Shown in pieces: positions 43,133 through 54,693 of a DNA stretch of 64,000 bases (positions are counted from its first letter, which is position 1; each line of letters starts with the position of its first letter). Both the position numbers and the translations under genes were made by a program. Location: assembly GCA_965248535.1 (NCBI GenBank), contig CBDFJR010000002.1, forward strand, positions 384,001 through 448,000, written 5' to 3'. The notes under the pieces are model-generated. The model made no database searches. It saw only the letters and a list, made by a program, of their open reading frames with translations, and had not been told where the DNA came from. This DNA is from Phormidesmis sp. Lineage in GTDB: Bacteria; Cyanobacteriota; Cyanobacteriia; Leptolyngbyales; Leptolyngbyaceae.

Positions 43133-44101
43133 CGCCTCAGTAGGGGGTCTCACCCCCCAACCCCTCTCTGGGTAAGAGTTTAACTCAGTATTTCTCAGTT
43201 TGGGCAAGACTGATTGCCTTTTAAGGAATCGATCGCTGATCCAACGCCAAAGAAGTGAGTAGCTCGACGCAGAAATGCGGATTAGCGAGTAGTAACCGAC
43301 ACGGTTGTATCAGTAACTAACGCTCGATCGCTGCGAGTCTGCGAGTTGTCCATTGCCATAAAGCTGGCTTTGGAGCTAGGGTTTAAAGCTTTTTGAGCGT
43401 CTGCTAAAAACTTATTGGTGAATGTGACGAAAGATGATATCTTAATTAGCCTAAGTAACTTGGTTAGCTCAAACTCGACCTTAAAGCCTGACAAAATTGA
43501 CGGGTTAAGCGACTTGAAAAAAGTTAGCCAAACTGAATCTATCCGCCTGCATTTTTCGAGCCAGCATTGAGTTATTAATTTGACTTCTACAAAGTTGAAA
43601 CTGATCAGGATTGTTCTGATTAAACGTTAGAAAAGATGGGGCGATCGGGGGCGGTTCGATCGCCGGGTTTTGCTCAGTCAGCAGAGACGATATCAAAAGT
43701 CTCTGTCTGCAATCTATCGGATGTCTCTTCTGTAGAGAGGCTTCTATGCAAAGGTTTGGGGGGTATATAGGGCCATTGGATGTAAAAAGCAGTGATCAAA
43801 TGATTCAAAAGTTGAACTAGCCGATAGAATAGCGGCTAAGATTACGAAAAAAACCACGGGGGCTTTCAAATTTGAGAACTAGCGGTATACTACTTATTCA
43901 TTAATTCTCAACAGTAATGTGATAGACTTCCTGAGTCGCAAATCAGAAACTTAATTCTTGAATTGAGCGCAAAGATATTGACTCGGAGCTTTATTTCCCT
44001 CGTTTAACTAAAAACTGAGTCCGGCTGTATCGTTTGCTACTCTCGGTTATAAAAACTGCTTTGCCAGTGCACTCAATTGAAATCTTGATGGAGCGTGAAT
44101 C

Positions 44102-44710
44102 GTGAATATCTTCAGTAAACTGCGGGATTTTGTCGGCTTGAATGAGCAAGTTGACTATGAATATGAATATGACGAGATGGATGGTCAAGAGTATCAGACT
44201 CTCTACCAAGAAGAGAATCCGGCTCCGGCCCCGATCGCTGATGAAGAAAGCCGCGCTCGTCGTCAACGATTCCGCGATCGCGCCGCCATTACTCCCGAAA
44301 CAACCCCTATTGCAACAGGTGTCAACAGCAGCATGAATAACGTGATTGGAATGCCCGGAGCCGCTAACGGCATCTCAGAAGTCGTCGTGATGGAGCCTCG
44401 CACCTTTGAAGAGATGCCCCAAGCGATTCAAGCTTTGCGTGAGCGCAAGTCTGTCGTTCTAAACTTGACGATCATGGACCCGGATCAAGCTCAACGAGCG
44501 GTTGATTTTGTGGCCGGTGGCACCTACGCGATCGACGGTCATCAAGAGCGCATCGGCGAAAGCATTTTCCTCTTCACGCCTAGCTGTGTTCAGGTCAGCA
44601 CTCAGACGGGTGTGATTCACGAAGTGCCTCAGCCTCAGCCTGCCCGCCCCGCCCGCCCTACAGCCCCGACTCCGGCTTGGGCCACTGAGCCAGTCAGAGC
44701 CGCGCAATAA
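44102..44710 (+). CDS. sepF: Cell division protein SepF
   Basis: [30 protein letters not shown]. Confidence 0.95.
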   Translation: MNIFSKLRDFVGLNEQVDYEYEYDEMDGQEYQTLYQEENPAPAPIADEESRARRQRFRDRAAITPETTPIATGVNSSMNNVIGMPGAANGISEVVVMEPRTFEEMPQAIQALRERKSVVLNLTIMDPDQAQRAVDFVAGGTYAIDGHQERIGESIFLFTPSCVQVSTQTGVIHEVPQPQPARPARPTAPTPAWATEPVRAAQ

Positions 44711-44731
44711 CGAGGTTTCGGGTCATTAATT

Positions 44732-45556
44732 TTGGGGACTAAGTTGTCTACTAAATTTGGAATGATTGGCGGCGGGATGATGGGGGAAGCTCTGTTGTCC
44801 CGTCTTGTCGTTGGGCAGGTTTATGCGCCAAGTGACATGGTGGTGAGTGAGCCACAGGCAAAGCGTCAAGAATTTTTAGCCGAGAAATATGGCGTGCAGG
44901 TCACAGGTGAAAATCGGGTGGCTGCACGCTCGATCGAGGTGCTCTTCTTGGCAATCAAACCTCAAGTCTTTGAGCAAGTTGCGGCTGGGTTATCGGCTGA
45001 CGATCGCCAGTCATCAACCTTAGTGATCTCGATTTTGGCAGGAACACCCCTCGAAGCTCTCGAAGCGGCGTTTCCAGAGCAGCCTGTGATTCGAGCCATG
45101 CCCAACACTCCGGCAGCAGTCGGAGCGGGAATCACGGCGATCGCCGCAGGTCAACACGCTCAAGCTCACCATTTAGACCTAGCTCGACGCATTTTAGAAA
45201 CGGTGGGCGAAGTTGTCGAGGTGCCAGAGTCGATGATGGATGCCGTAACCGGGCTTTCGGGATCGGGCCCTGGCTATGTGGCGCTAATGGTTGAAGCGCT
45301 GGCAGACGGCGGGGTCGCGGCTGGGTTGCCGAGAGCGATCGCCATGAAGCTTGCCCTCCAAACCGTGCGCGGAACGGCTCAACTGCTGCAAGAAGAAGGC
45401 ATTCACCCTGGCGAACTTAAAGATCGCGTCACCAGTCCGGGCGGAACCACGATCGCGGGGATCGCTGCGCTAGAAAAAGCAGGCTTCCGATCGGCAGTCA
45501 TCGAAGCGGTAAAAGCGGCGTGGATGCGATCAAAAGAATTGGGCAAGAAATCCTAG
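44732..45556 (+). CDS. proC: Pyrroline-5-carboxylate reductase
   Basis: IGGGMMG, RAMPNTP, SGSGPGY, VTSPGGTT. Confidence 0.96.
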   Translation: MGTKLSTKFGMIGGGMMGEALLSRLVVGQVYAPSDMVVSEPQAKRQEFLAEKYGVQVTGENRVAARSIEVLFLAIKPQVFEQVAAGLSADDRQSSTLVISILAGTPLEALEAAFPEQPVIRAMPNTPAAVGAGITAIAAGQHAQAHHLDLARRILETVGEVVEVPESMMDAVTGLSGSGPGYVALMVEALADGGVAAGLPRAIAMKLALQTVRGTAQLLQEEGIHPGELKDRVTSPGGTTIAGIAALEKAGFRSAVIEAVKAAWMRSKELGKKS

Positions 45557-45975
45557 ACTTCAAACAGGTCGATCGGTAAATGTCCAAATGTCTCATTGAT
45601 ATCATCGTCTTCAGCAGACTGACAGGAAACCAACACACCTCTATGGTTGCCTGTGTAGGGTTCTGCGTGGCACCGTCCGGTTTTGGGGTTGTATTTGATG
45701 TAAACTGCGTCATTGGTCGTTGACACAATATCGGGTCGTTCATCCCGATTCAGTGCCGTTAAGTAGCTGTGAAGGGCCTGCTGTCCTTGAATTGCATTGT
45801 CGGCACAGATGCCAAAGATTTGAAAGTCGGAGCGATCGACAACTAAAAGCAGTGCGTCGCGAACAGTGGCGTAATCTAATTTGGGGGTAGAGGGTTCACG
45901 ATCGAGACAAATAAACTGTCTTAGTAATTCTTGTGCTTCTTGTACGGTCAGATTAGTGGAAGCTTGAAAAGACAT
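45553..45975 (-). CDS. DUF1824-like protein
   Basis: GICAD, VYIKYN, RGVLVSCQS, TFGHLPIDLF. Confidence 0.8.
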   Translation of the reverse strand: MSFQASTNLTVQEAQELLRQFICLDREPSTPKLDYATVRDALLLVVDRSDFQIFGICADNAIQGQQALHSYLTALNRDERPDIVSTTNDAVYIKYNPKTGRCHAEPYTGNHRGVLVSCQSAEDDDINETFGHLPIDLFEV

Positions 45976-46087
45976 CGGTGATCAGAGATGAAGGTCGAGA
46001 AAACGAGTCTATCGTGCTTTGAGTCTCGTTTGAAAAGGTTGGGGAAAGTATTGTAGTTTGAAGTGCAGTGTCTAGCCAAAATTCATC

Positions 46088-49000
46088 GTGCCCCGAATTT
46101 TTGACAACATTGAGCTAAAGTTGTTGCCCATTTTGCAAGAAACGCTGCAAGCTGCAAAACGAGCAGACTTCTGTGTGGGCTACTTTAATTTGCGGGGCTG
46201 GCGACACCTCGATCGCCTAATCGAGCAGTTTCCGGGAGGTGAGCAGGGCTGCTGTCGGTTAATGGTGGGGATGCAAAAAATGCCGCGCCAACAGCTTGAA
46301 AGTGCGTTTTCGCTGACTGGCTCAGACTGGGAGATTGATCAGCGCGATTCGATTCGATTTAAGAAACAAGCCGCGCAAGAGTTTAGAGAGCAACTGACGA
46401 TCGGGGCACCCACCAACGACGATGAGGCAGGATTGCGGCGACTTGCCCATCAACTCAAGGCAGGAAAACTCGTCGTCAAGCTCTATCTGCGGCATCCCCT
46501 TCACGCCAAACTGTATTTAATTCACCAAAACAATCCCAATTTGCCGACGATCGGGTTTCTCGGCAGCAGCAATTTAACACTTTCTGGACTGCAATATCAG
46601 GGAGAGTTAAACGTCGATGTGTTGGATCATGATGCGACGAATAAATTAGAACGCTGGTTTGACGAACTTTGGAGCGATCGCTTCTGCCTTGATATTTCTA
46701 AAGAACTCGCGCAATTAATTGATGAAAGCTGGGCACGGGAGGCACTCATTTCGCCCTATCACATCTATTTAAAGATGGCTTATCACCTCTCGCAAGAGGC
46801 GCGAATCGGATTGTCTGCCTATCGAGTGCCCAAAGAGTTTCGCGATCGCTTGTTTGATTTTCAAAGTGCTGCTGTCAAGATTGCTGCCCAACACGTCAAC
46901 AAACGGGGAGGAGTCTTAATTGGCGATGTCGTCGGATTGGGCAAAACGATGGTGGGGTCTGCCCTAGCGCGGATTTTGCAAGAAGATTTGTTGTTAGAAA
47001 CGTTGATTATTTGCCCCAAAAATCTCGTCTCCATGTGGCAGGATTATGTGCGGGAATATCGACTGATTGCGGAAGTGATTTCGATCAGTCGCGTTCAGAC
47101 CGAGCTACCGAATTTGCGGCGTTATCGAGTTGTGTTGATTGATGAAAGTCACAACCTTCGCAACACGGATGGAAAACGCTATCGAGCCATCCAAGAATAT
47201 ATCGCGATGAATGAAAGCAAGTGTATTTTGCTCACCGCAACGCCCTATAACAAAACCTATTTAGATTTATCCGCACAGCTACGATTATTTATTCCTGAAG
47301 ATAAAGATTTAGGCATTCGTCCAGAACAACTGCTGCACGAGTTAGGAGGCGAAGCGACCTTCAAGCGGAAGCATCAGGTGCCAATCCGATCGCTACGGGC
47401 ATTTGAGTTTAGTGATCACGCCGATGATTGGCGAGATTTAATGAAGCTGTATATGGTGCGACGAACGCGCAGTTTTATCAAAGCAAACTATGCTCAAGAT
47501 GATAAAGGACGGAAGTTTTTAGAATATCAAGATAAAACCCGCGCTTATTTCCCTGATCGGATTCCTAAAACCGCAAAATTTGAGATTGGCACTCCGCAAG
47601 ATGATCCCTACGCAAGACTCTATTCTGATGGAGTCGTAAATGTGATCAATCAACTAAATTTACCGCGCTATGGATTAGGAAATTACATTCAAGCGATGGT
47701 TAAACGCAACGTGAAAGATAAGAGTGATGAAACAGAACAGCGATTGGTCGAAGGATTATCAAGAGCCGGAAGGCGATTAATGGGATTTTGCCGCACCAAT
47801 TTATTCAAACGATTAGAAAGTAGTGGAGTGGCATTTATTCAATCGCTAGAGCGACACATCTTACGCAACTACATTTATTTGTATGCGATCGAGCATGGCT
47901 TAGAGATCCCGATCGGAACTCAAGATGCCGATTTGCTCGACACTCGCACCAGCGATGAAGACTCAGATTCGCTGCTGGCTTCACTATTTGATGTCGAAGT
48001 TGAAGAGACAGAAGGACAGGTTCGAGAGGTGCTAGATGTCTCTGAAACCGATTATCGATCGCGATCGGCAGAGGTTTATCAAGAGTATGCAACGCAGTAT
48101 CGACGACGGTTTAAATGGATACGATCGTCGCTGTTTACCAAACAGTTGGGCAAAGATTTGCAGGCGGATGCCAAAGCACTCACGGGTGTGTTGCAACAAT
48201 GCGGAGAATGGAATCGGAGGACGAGATGCCAAGTTAACCACATTGTTGACCCTGTTGCAGGTTGAGTATCCAACCGAAAAAGTTCTCATTTTCACGCAGT
48301 TTGCAGACACGGCGCGATATTTAGAAGCGGCATTACAAGAGGCTGGGGTGACCAACATTGCTAGGGTATCAGGGGATTCCACCGATCCCACGTCAAGCGT
48401 GTGGCGATTTAGTCCAGACAGTAATCGGAAGCGCGATCTGATTGCACCAGAAAATGAATTAAGAGTCCTCGTTGCGACAGACGTATTAAGTGAAGGACAA
48501 AACTTGCAGGACTGCGCGATCGTGATTAACTACGATTTGCCGTGGGCAATTATTCGGCTGATTCAACGGGCGGGACGGGTCGATCGAATTGGGCAAAAGG
48601 CGGACAAAATTTTGTGCTATTCATTCTTGCCTGCGGAAGGAGTCGATCGCTTAATCAACTTGCGGGGACGATTGCAGCAGCGACTTCAAGAAAACGCGGA
48701 AGTGGTGGGAGCCGATGAATCGTTTTTTGAAGACTTGTCCGATCGGGTCATGCTGGATTTATATAACGAAAAAGCGGGACTGCTCGACGGCGAGGAAGAT
48801 ACAGAAGTTGATTTGACTTCTGAAGCGTTTCAGATTTGGAGCAACGCAACGGCAAACAATCCGGGATTGAAGAAAACGATCGAAGAGATGTCTAGTGTGG
48901 TCTATTCGACGCGCCGCCACACGCCCACCGCCACCCAACCAGAAGGCGTTTTGCTCTATATGCGAACCGCAGAAGGCAACGATGCGCTGGCGTGGCTCGA

Positions 49001-49466
49001 TCGCGAAGGTGAAAGCGTCACCCAGTCACAGTTAGCGATTTTGAGAACGGCTGCCTGTGAGCCAGAGACACCCGCGATCGCTCGTCATCCGCTCCATCAT
49101 GATCTCGTCAAAAAAGGCGCAGATTGGATCGCTGAAGATGAGCGCAGCATCGGCGGACAGTTGGGACGAAAATCGAGTGCGCGATATCGAGCCTATGAGC
49201 GACTCAAGCGATATGCCGATGAGGTGAAGGGCACGCTGTTTGAGTCGGACGAACTGCTGAAAGCGATCGACGATATTTATCAACATCCTCTCAGGCAATC
49301 AGCGATCGACACCTTAAATCGGCAACTCAAAAGCGGAATTGGAGATTCGCAATTAGCAGAGTTGGTGATGGCGCTAAGAACCGACGATCGACTCTGCATA
49401 ATTCACGATGAAGGTCAGCAACGAGAACCTCAAATTATCTGTTCATTAGGATTATTTCAGTCGTGA
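46088..49466 (+). CDS. PLD-nuclease/SNF2-like helicase fusion, frameshift near 48215
   Basis: HAKLY...GSSNLT; GDVVGLGKT, DESHN, TATP; second ORF has SEGQNLQ and QRAGRVDRIGQ. Confidence 0.88.
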
Positions 49467-49482
49467 TTATGGAGTTAGCACA

Positions 49483-49846
49483 ATGGCAATCGTAGAGCAG
49501 TATCGGCAATATGTTCAGCAGCTTCTCAGCGATCGAGCCGCTCGATCCATGAAATCGAATCCTCAAGTCGAGGCTCAAACCGTTTTTGATCGCGACCATG
49601 ACCACTATCAACTCGTGTATGTCGGCTGGAAACGGAACGGCGTTTGCTTTGCAATGCTTGGGGCAACGCGATTATGGCTGTTTACTTCATCTCGATATCA
49701 AGGATGGCAAAATCTGGATTCAATACGACGGCACAGAGGGCGGTATCGCGAATGAGCTAGTGGAATTGGGCGTTCCGAAGGAAGACATTGTTTTGGGATA
49801 TCATCCTCCTTCTGTTCGACGACTTACAGAATTTGCTGTGAGCTAA
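49483..49846 (+). pseudogene. xisI: XisI-family gene disrupted by ~22-nt insertion
   Basis: FD..HDHYQL..VGW, then HLDIKDGKIWIQYDGTE.GIA.EL...GVPKEDIVLG in a shifted frame. Confidence 0.85.
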
Positions 49847-49874
49847 CAATGAGGGTCGATCAACGGTGCATCCT

Positions 49875-50286
49875 TTACCAGTGACGAATTACTGAGTAGG
49901 TATCGAAAGCCTTATCCGAACTGATGATTGGAATTTTCTCCGTCAATGCTTGAGCGATTAAAAGTCGATTACCCTTCGGGAACTGCGAAGCAACCAAAGG
50001 GATCTCGATGATGATAGGGCAACGTCGCGACTGTAGCTGCGTGAGAAATCTCGATCGGCAAAATCTCAAACTCATTCACCTGAATTTGTTGCTGCATCCA
50101 AAACTCAAACGATTCAGGCAACTGATACTTTCCAATACTAATTTTGATCGCAATTTTCCAGTAGGATGCAGGGCTAACGAACAGATCATTGAGTGGATCG
50201 ACGATTAGAGTAGAAGCAACCTTACTGAGAGAACGATCGTTCAGCACAAACCACAAAAATGCCTGAGTATCGAGTAACAATCTCAT
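49875..50286 (-). pseudogene. PIN/VapC toxin disrupted by 25-nt insertion
   Basis: MRLLLDTQAFLW; removing 49970-49994 restores HHRDPFDRLLIAQA. Confidence 0.85.
49970..49994. mobile_element. Very small hairpin insertion resembling cyanobacterial small dispersed repeats
   Basis: TACCCTTCGGGAACTGCGAAGCAAC; inserted at G^ATCG (minus strand) with no target duplication. Confidence 0.65.
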
Positions 50287-50513
50287 GGCATATAATCGCC
50301 AAAATCTTCCAAATGGGTTTGATCATCAGACAAAATCACCAGGGTTCCTGCTGCGCTTCCAGGCTGCCGTGGTTTTCGAGGTGTGGGCACTTCTGCAATC
50401 AGTCTTGCGATCGCTCGATTCCCCGAAATAATCTGCACTTCTTCACCCGGTTGCAACCCTGCAATTAATTCAGGTAGATGAAGTTGAGCCTCCGCTAACG
50501 TAATGTGAGCCAT
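50283..50513 (-). CDS. Phd/YefM-like antitoxin
   Basis: ITLAEAQLHLPELI..GEEVQI..ARL; ATGA overlap with the PIN gene. Confidence 0.8.
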   Translation of the reverse strand: MAHITLAEAQLHLPELIAGLQPGEEVQIISGNRAIARLIAEVPTPRKPRQPGSAAGTLVILSDDQTHLEDFGDYMP

Positions 50514-50638
50514 TGCTCGATTCCACCATTGACTACACGCTCTATTCTACTTTTTCTGATCCAGTTGGAGTGTTTGGGAGTAAAACGGAGAAAGTTTGCG
50601 TCATATTTGTAACAGCAGCCCCCGATTTTTACTGTCTT

Positions 50639-53600
50639 ATGCAATTTGATTTCAAGAAGAGCCGCCAGTATTTGCAAGCGTTTGCCTTCGGAGATTTGTT
50701 TCGGGAGGTCTTGGGCTGGTCGAAGCCGACCGTTCGCAAGGCGGAGGAGTTGGAGATTGAGGGGCAGCTTTACGATCGCCAAATGATTGCCGAGCTTTCG
50801 GGGGTGGCGGTCTATGAGGTGACGGCGCACGATGGCGCGATCGCGGTTGAGAAGGTGCGAAAGCAAATCTATCAGCAGACGGCAGAGATCTCGCTGGAGA
50901 ATTTGTTGATTTTTGTGGATCGCGATCGGACTCAGAGTTTTTGGTATTGGGTGAAGCGGGAAGACAAGAAGCGGATTGGGCGATCGCTGTCGTATTTTGC
51001 GGGGCAGTCGGGGGATTTGATTTTGGGCAAGATTAGTGCCCTAATGGTCGATTTTGAGGAGTTGGGAGACGAAGCGCCGTCAGTTGTCGCGGTGGCGAAA
51101 AAGCTCAAGGATGCGCTGGATGTCGAACGGGTTACGAAGAAGTTTTACAAGGAATTTAAAGAGCATTTGGAGTGGTTTGTTGAGCAGATTAAGGGAATCG
51201 ATCACGAGAACGATCGCCGTTGGTATGCGTCGGTGATTTTGAATCGGCTGATGTTTGTCTACTTTTTGCAAGATAAGGGATTTGTGGATGGGAATCCCAA
51301 TTATTTGCAGGATAAGTTAGCGCAACATCAAGGCAAAGATTATTACAAAGCGTTTTTGTGTGTGCTGTTTTTTGAGGGATTTGCGAAGGCTGCACCCAAT
51401 CGATCGGAGCCAACGAATCTTCTTTTGGGCAATATCAAATATTTGAATGGGGGATTATTTTTACAACATCGGATTGAGAAAGACAATACGATCTCTTCGA
51501 GTCATCCGCAAGGGATCGCGATCGCGAATGAGGCATTTGAGAAAACGCTGGCGTTATTTGAGCGCTATTCGTGGAATTTGGATGACACGCCGGGGGGACA
51601 GGATGATGAAATTAGCCCGTCGGTGTTGGGCTATATTTTTGAGAAATATATTAACCAAAAAGAGTTTGGGGCTTATTACACTCGTCCTGAGATTACAGAA
51701 TATTTGTGCGATCGCACGATCAATAAACTGATTCTCGATAAGGTGAACGCGGAGTCGAAACGGCGGTTTGAGTCGATCGAGGAACTGCTGTTTAATCTCG
51801 ACACGGATCTGTGTATTCGACTGTTAGAGACTATATTGCCAGGGTTATCGCTGCTTGATCCGGCTTGTGGGTCGGGGGCGTTTTTGGTGGCGGCGATGAA
51901 GACGTTGATTAATATTTATAGCGCGGTGATTGGCAAGGTCGAGTTGTCGAACGATCGGACGCTCAAATCGTGGCTCAAAAAGGTACGCGATGAGCATAAG
52001 TCAACGGCGTATTACATCAAAAAGCGGATCATTACGGACAATCTCTATGGTGTGGACATCATGGAGGAGGCGACGGAGATCGCCAAGCTGCGGTTGTTTT
52101 TGGCGTTGGTGGCTTCGGCGCAGAGTTTGGATGAGTTGGAGCCGTTGCCGAATATTGATTTTAATGTGATGGCGGGGAATTCGCTGATTGGTCTGATTAG
52201 GGTCGATGAGGATGGGTTTAATGAGTTAGACGGAATGGCGATCGAGCCGACTCAGAGAAATCTGCTGAAGCCAACGGCGATCCAGGGAAGTTTGTTGCCG
52301 ATGTTGGCGGCGAATGAATATCGGCGGATTTTAGACGAGAAGAATAAGAGTATTGCACTGTTTAAGCAGCAGGCGTTTAGGGCGGATGATTCGACTGAGC
52401 CAGAGATTAGAACGGATATGCTCAAGGCGAGTATTGATGAGCTAAACGGCAAGTCGCAAATCAAGCTCAATCGGCTGTTGTTTGATGAGTTTGGGCGGTT
52501 GAAGATTAAGTTTGAGCAGGCGCAGGCGACGGGCAAGCCCACAAAGCGACTGTTGGAGATGAAGGATATCGATCGCTTGGAGCCGTTTCACTGGGGCTAC
52601 CATTTTGATCAGATTATCAATGAGCGGGGCGGGTTTGATGCGATTATCGCTAATCCACCGTGGGAAGTGTTTAAACCAGACGCAAAGGAGTTTTTTCAGA
52701 AATATAGCGATCTGGTGACGAAAAAGAAAATGGATATTAAGGCATTTGAGAAACACCAAACAGAATTGCTAGAAGATCCAGAAGTTGCAGCAGCTTGGTT
52801 GCAATATCAGAGCCAGTTTCCTTATGTAAATCTCTACTATCGCACTTCAGATAATTATAGAAATCAGATTTCGGTGATTGATGGGAAGAAAGCAAAAAGC
52901 ACTGATATCAACCTATACAAACTTTTTCTAGAACGGTGTTTTAGTCTCCTGAAACCGAGTGGAGAATGCGGAATTGTGATTCCTAGTGGCTTGTATACCG
53001 ATTTGGGATCGAAACAGTTGCGAGAAATGCTGTTCAGCAAAACTCGGATCACAGGATTATTCTGTTTTGAGAATCGCAAGACAATCTTTGAGGGGGTTGA
53101 TAGTCGTTTCAAATTTATTGTTTTGTCATTTTGTAAAGGAGATCGGACAGAAAGTTTTCCAGCCGCTTTTATGCGTCACGATGTCAGAGAGTTAACTGAT
53201 TTTCCAAATCTCAATAGCTTACAGATTAGCGTTGACTTAATTCGCCGACTATCGCCAGACTCTTTATCTATCATGGAGTTTAAGAATAGCGTAGATGTGC
53301 AAATCGCTGAAAAAACGCTCCAATTTCCGTTGCTAGGTGATCAAATTCCTGATAGGTGGAATCTGATACTTGGACGAGAATTTCACATGACGGACGATAA
53401 AAATCTCTTTCAATCTGAATCAATTGAAGGCAGACTTCCTTTGTACGAAGGCAAAATGATTCATCAGTTTACTCACACATTCTCTCAGCCTAAATATTGG
53501 ATCGATGAGATAGAAGGTAGAAAAGCGTTTCTTTCAAGACGAAAAGAGGACTGTGGGCAAGAACTGAACTATCAAAAATACCGTTTTGCATACAGAGCAA

Positions 53601-54693
53601 TTGGGAGAAGTACAGATTCTAGAACTCTAATTGGGACAATACTACCTAAAAATACTTTTTCTGGACACTCAATTAACGTTGGTTCATCTATTGAAGACTT
53701 AAGCCACGTACTCTATTTATGTGCTGTACTGAATAGCTTTTGTTTCGATTTTGCGTTGCGGCAACAGGTATCTGCTAATCTAACAATCTTCTTTATTCAC
53801 CAAACCCCTGTTCCTCGGCTAACAACAGGCGATCGCTTCTTCGCAGAAATCGTAGAACGCGCCGCAAAACTCATCTGCACCACCCCCGAATTCGACGACC
53901 TCGCCCAAGAAGTCGGCTTAGACTCCCACAAAAACGGCATCACCGACGAACGCGATCGTGCCCAACTCCGCGCCCAACTCGACGGCATGATCGCCCACCT
54001 CTACCACCTCACCGAATCCGAATTCGCCCACATCCTCAGCACTTTCCCGATCGTCCCCGCCGCCACCAAACAAGCCGCGATCGAAGCCTATCGCACCTTT
54101 GCCCCACCCGCAGGCGACACCGCGATCGCCACCCTCATCACCCAAGGCGAAAGCGCCACCCTCGAATTCAAATCCACCGCCCGCTGGAACCTCAAAGAAG
54201 ACAAGAAAGATCGCACAATGGAAGAGGTCATTCTCAAAACGATCGCCGCCTTCCTCAACACCCAAGGCGGAACCCTCTTGATTGGAGTCGATGACGCTGG
54301 AGACCCGATCGGACTTACCCCCGACTACAACACCCTCCAAAAAAAGAACCGCGACGGCTTTGAACTCTGGCTCATGGGCGATCTGTTGCTCAAAGAATTA
54401 GGCAATGATCTCGCTCCCTTACATTGCCATCAGCTTCCACACCCTCAACGGGCAAGACCTCTGCAAAAATCACCCTCAGCCCTGTCTATGTCACGTGACC
54501 CGCCTCAAGAATCTTTGTCATCCGCTCAGGCAAGACCAAAAACGACAAACCCAGTCAATCGAAAGACATCAAAGAACTTTTTTATTCGGGCTGGCAAATT
54601 AAACCAATGCTTCACCAAAAATCCCTCGACAAACCCAGCGAGATCAGCCACTACATCAAACAACTGTTTGGTAATCTTGCAACTTCACTCTGA
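50639..54693 (+). CDS. Eco57I-like N6-adenine DNA methyltransferase with TRD and C-terminal Schlafen/AlbA_2 domain; 3' end frameshifted after ~54420
   Basis: GAYYT, LDPACGSGAFL, IANPPW; C-terminal GESATLEFKS..AFLNTQGGTLLIGVDD; probable true end SEISHYIKQLFGNLATSL* at 54693. Confidence 0.85.

Noticed and set aside
49483..49846. Heterocyst fdxN excision element suggested by xisI
   Set aside because: No xisF recombinase or xisH; solitary xisI copies are common in cyanobacteria
50513..50638. N-terminal extension of the 1408-aa MTase ORF
   Set aside because: TTG start abuts the divergent antitoxin start; ATG at 50639 is more plausible
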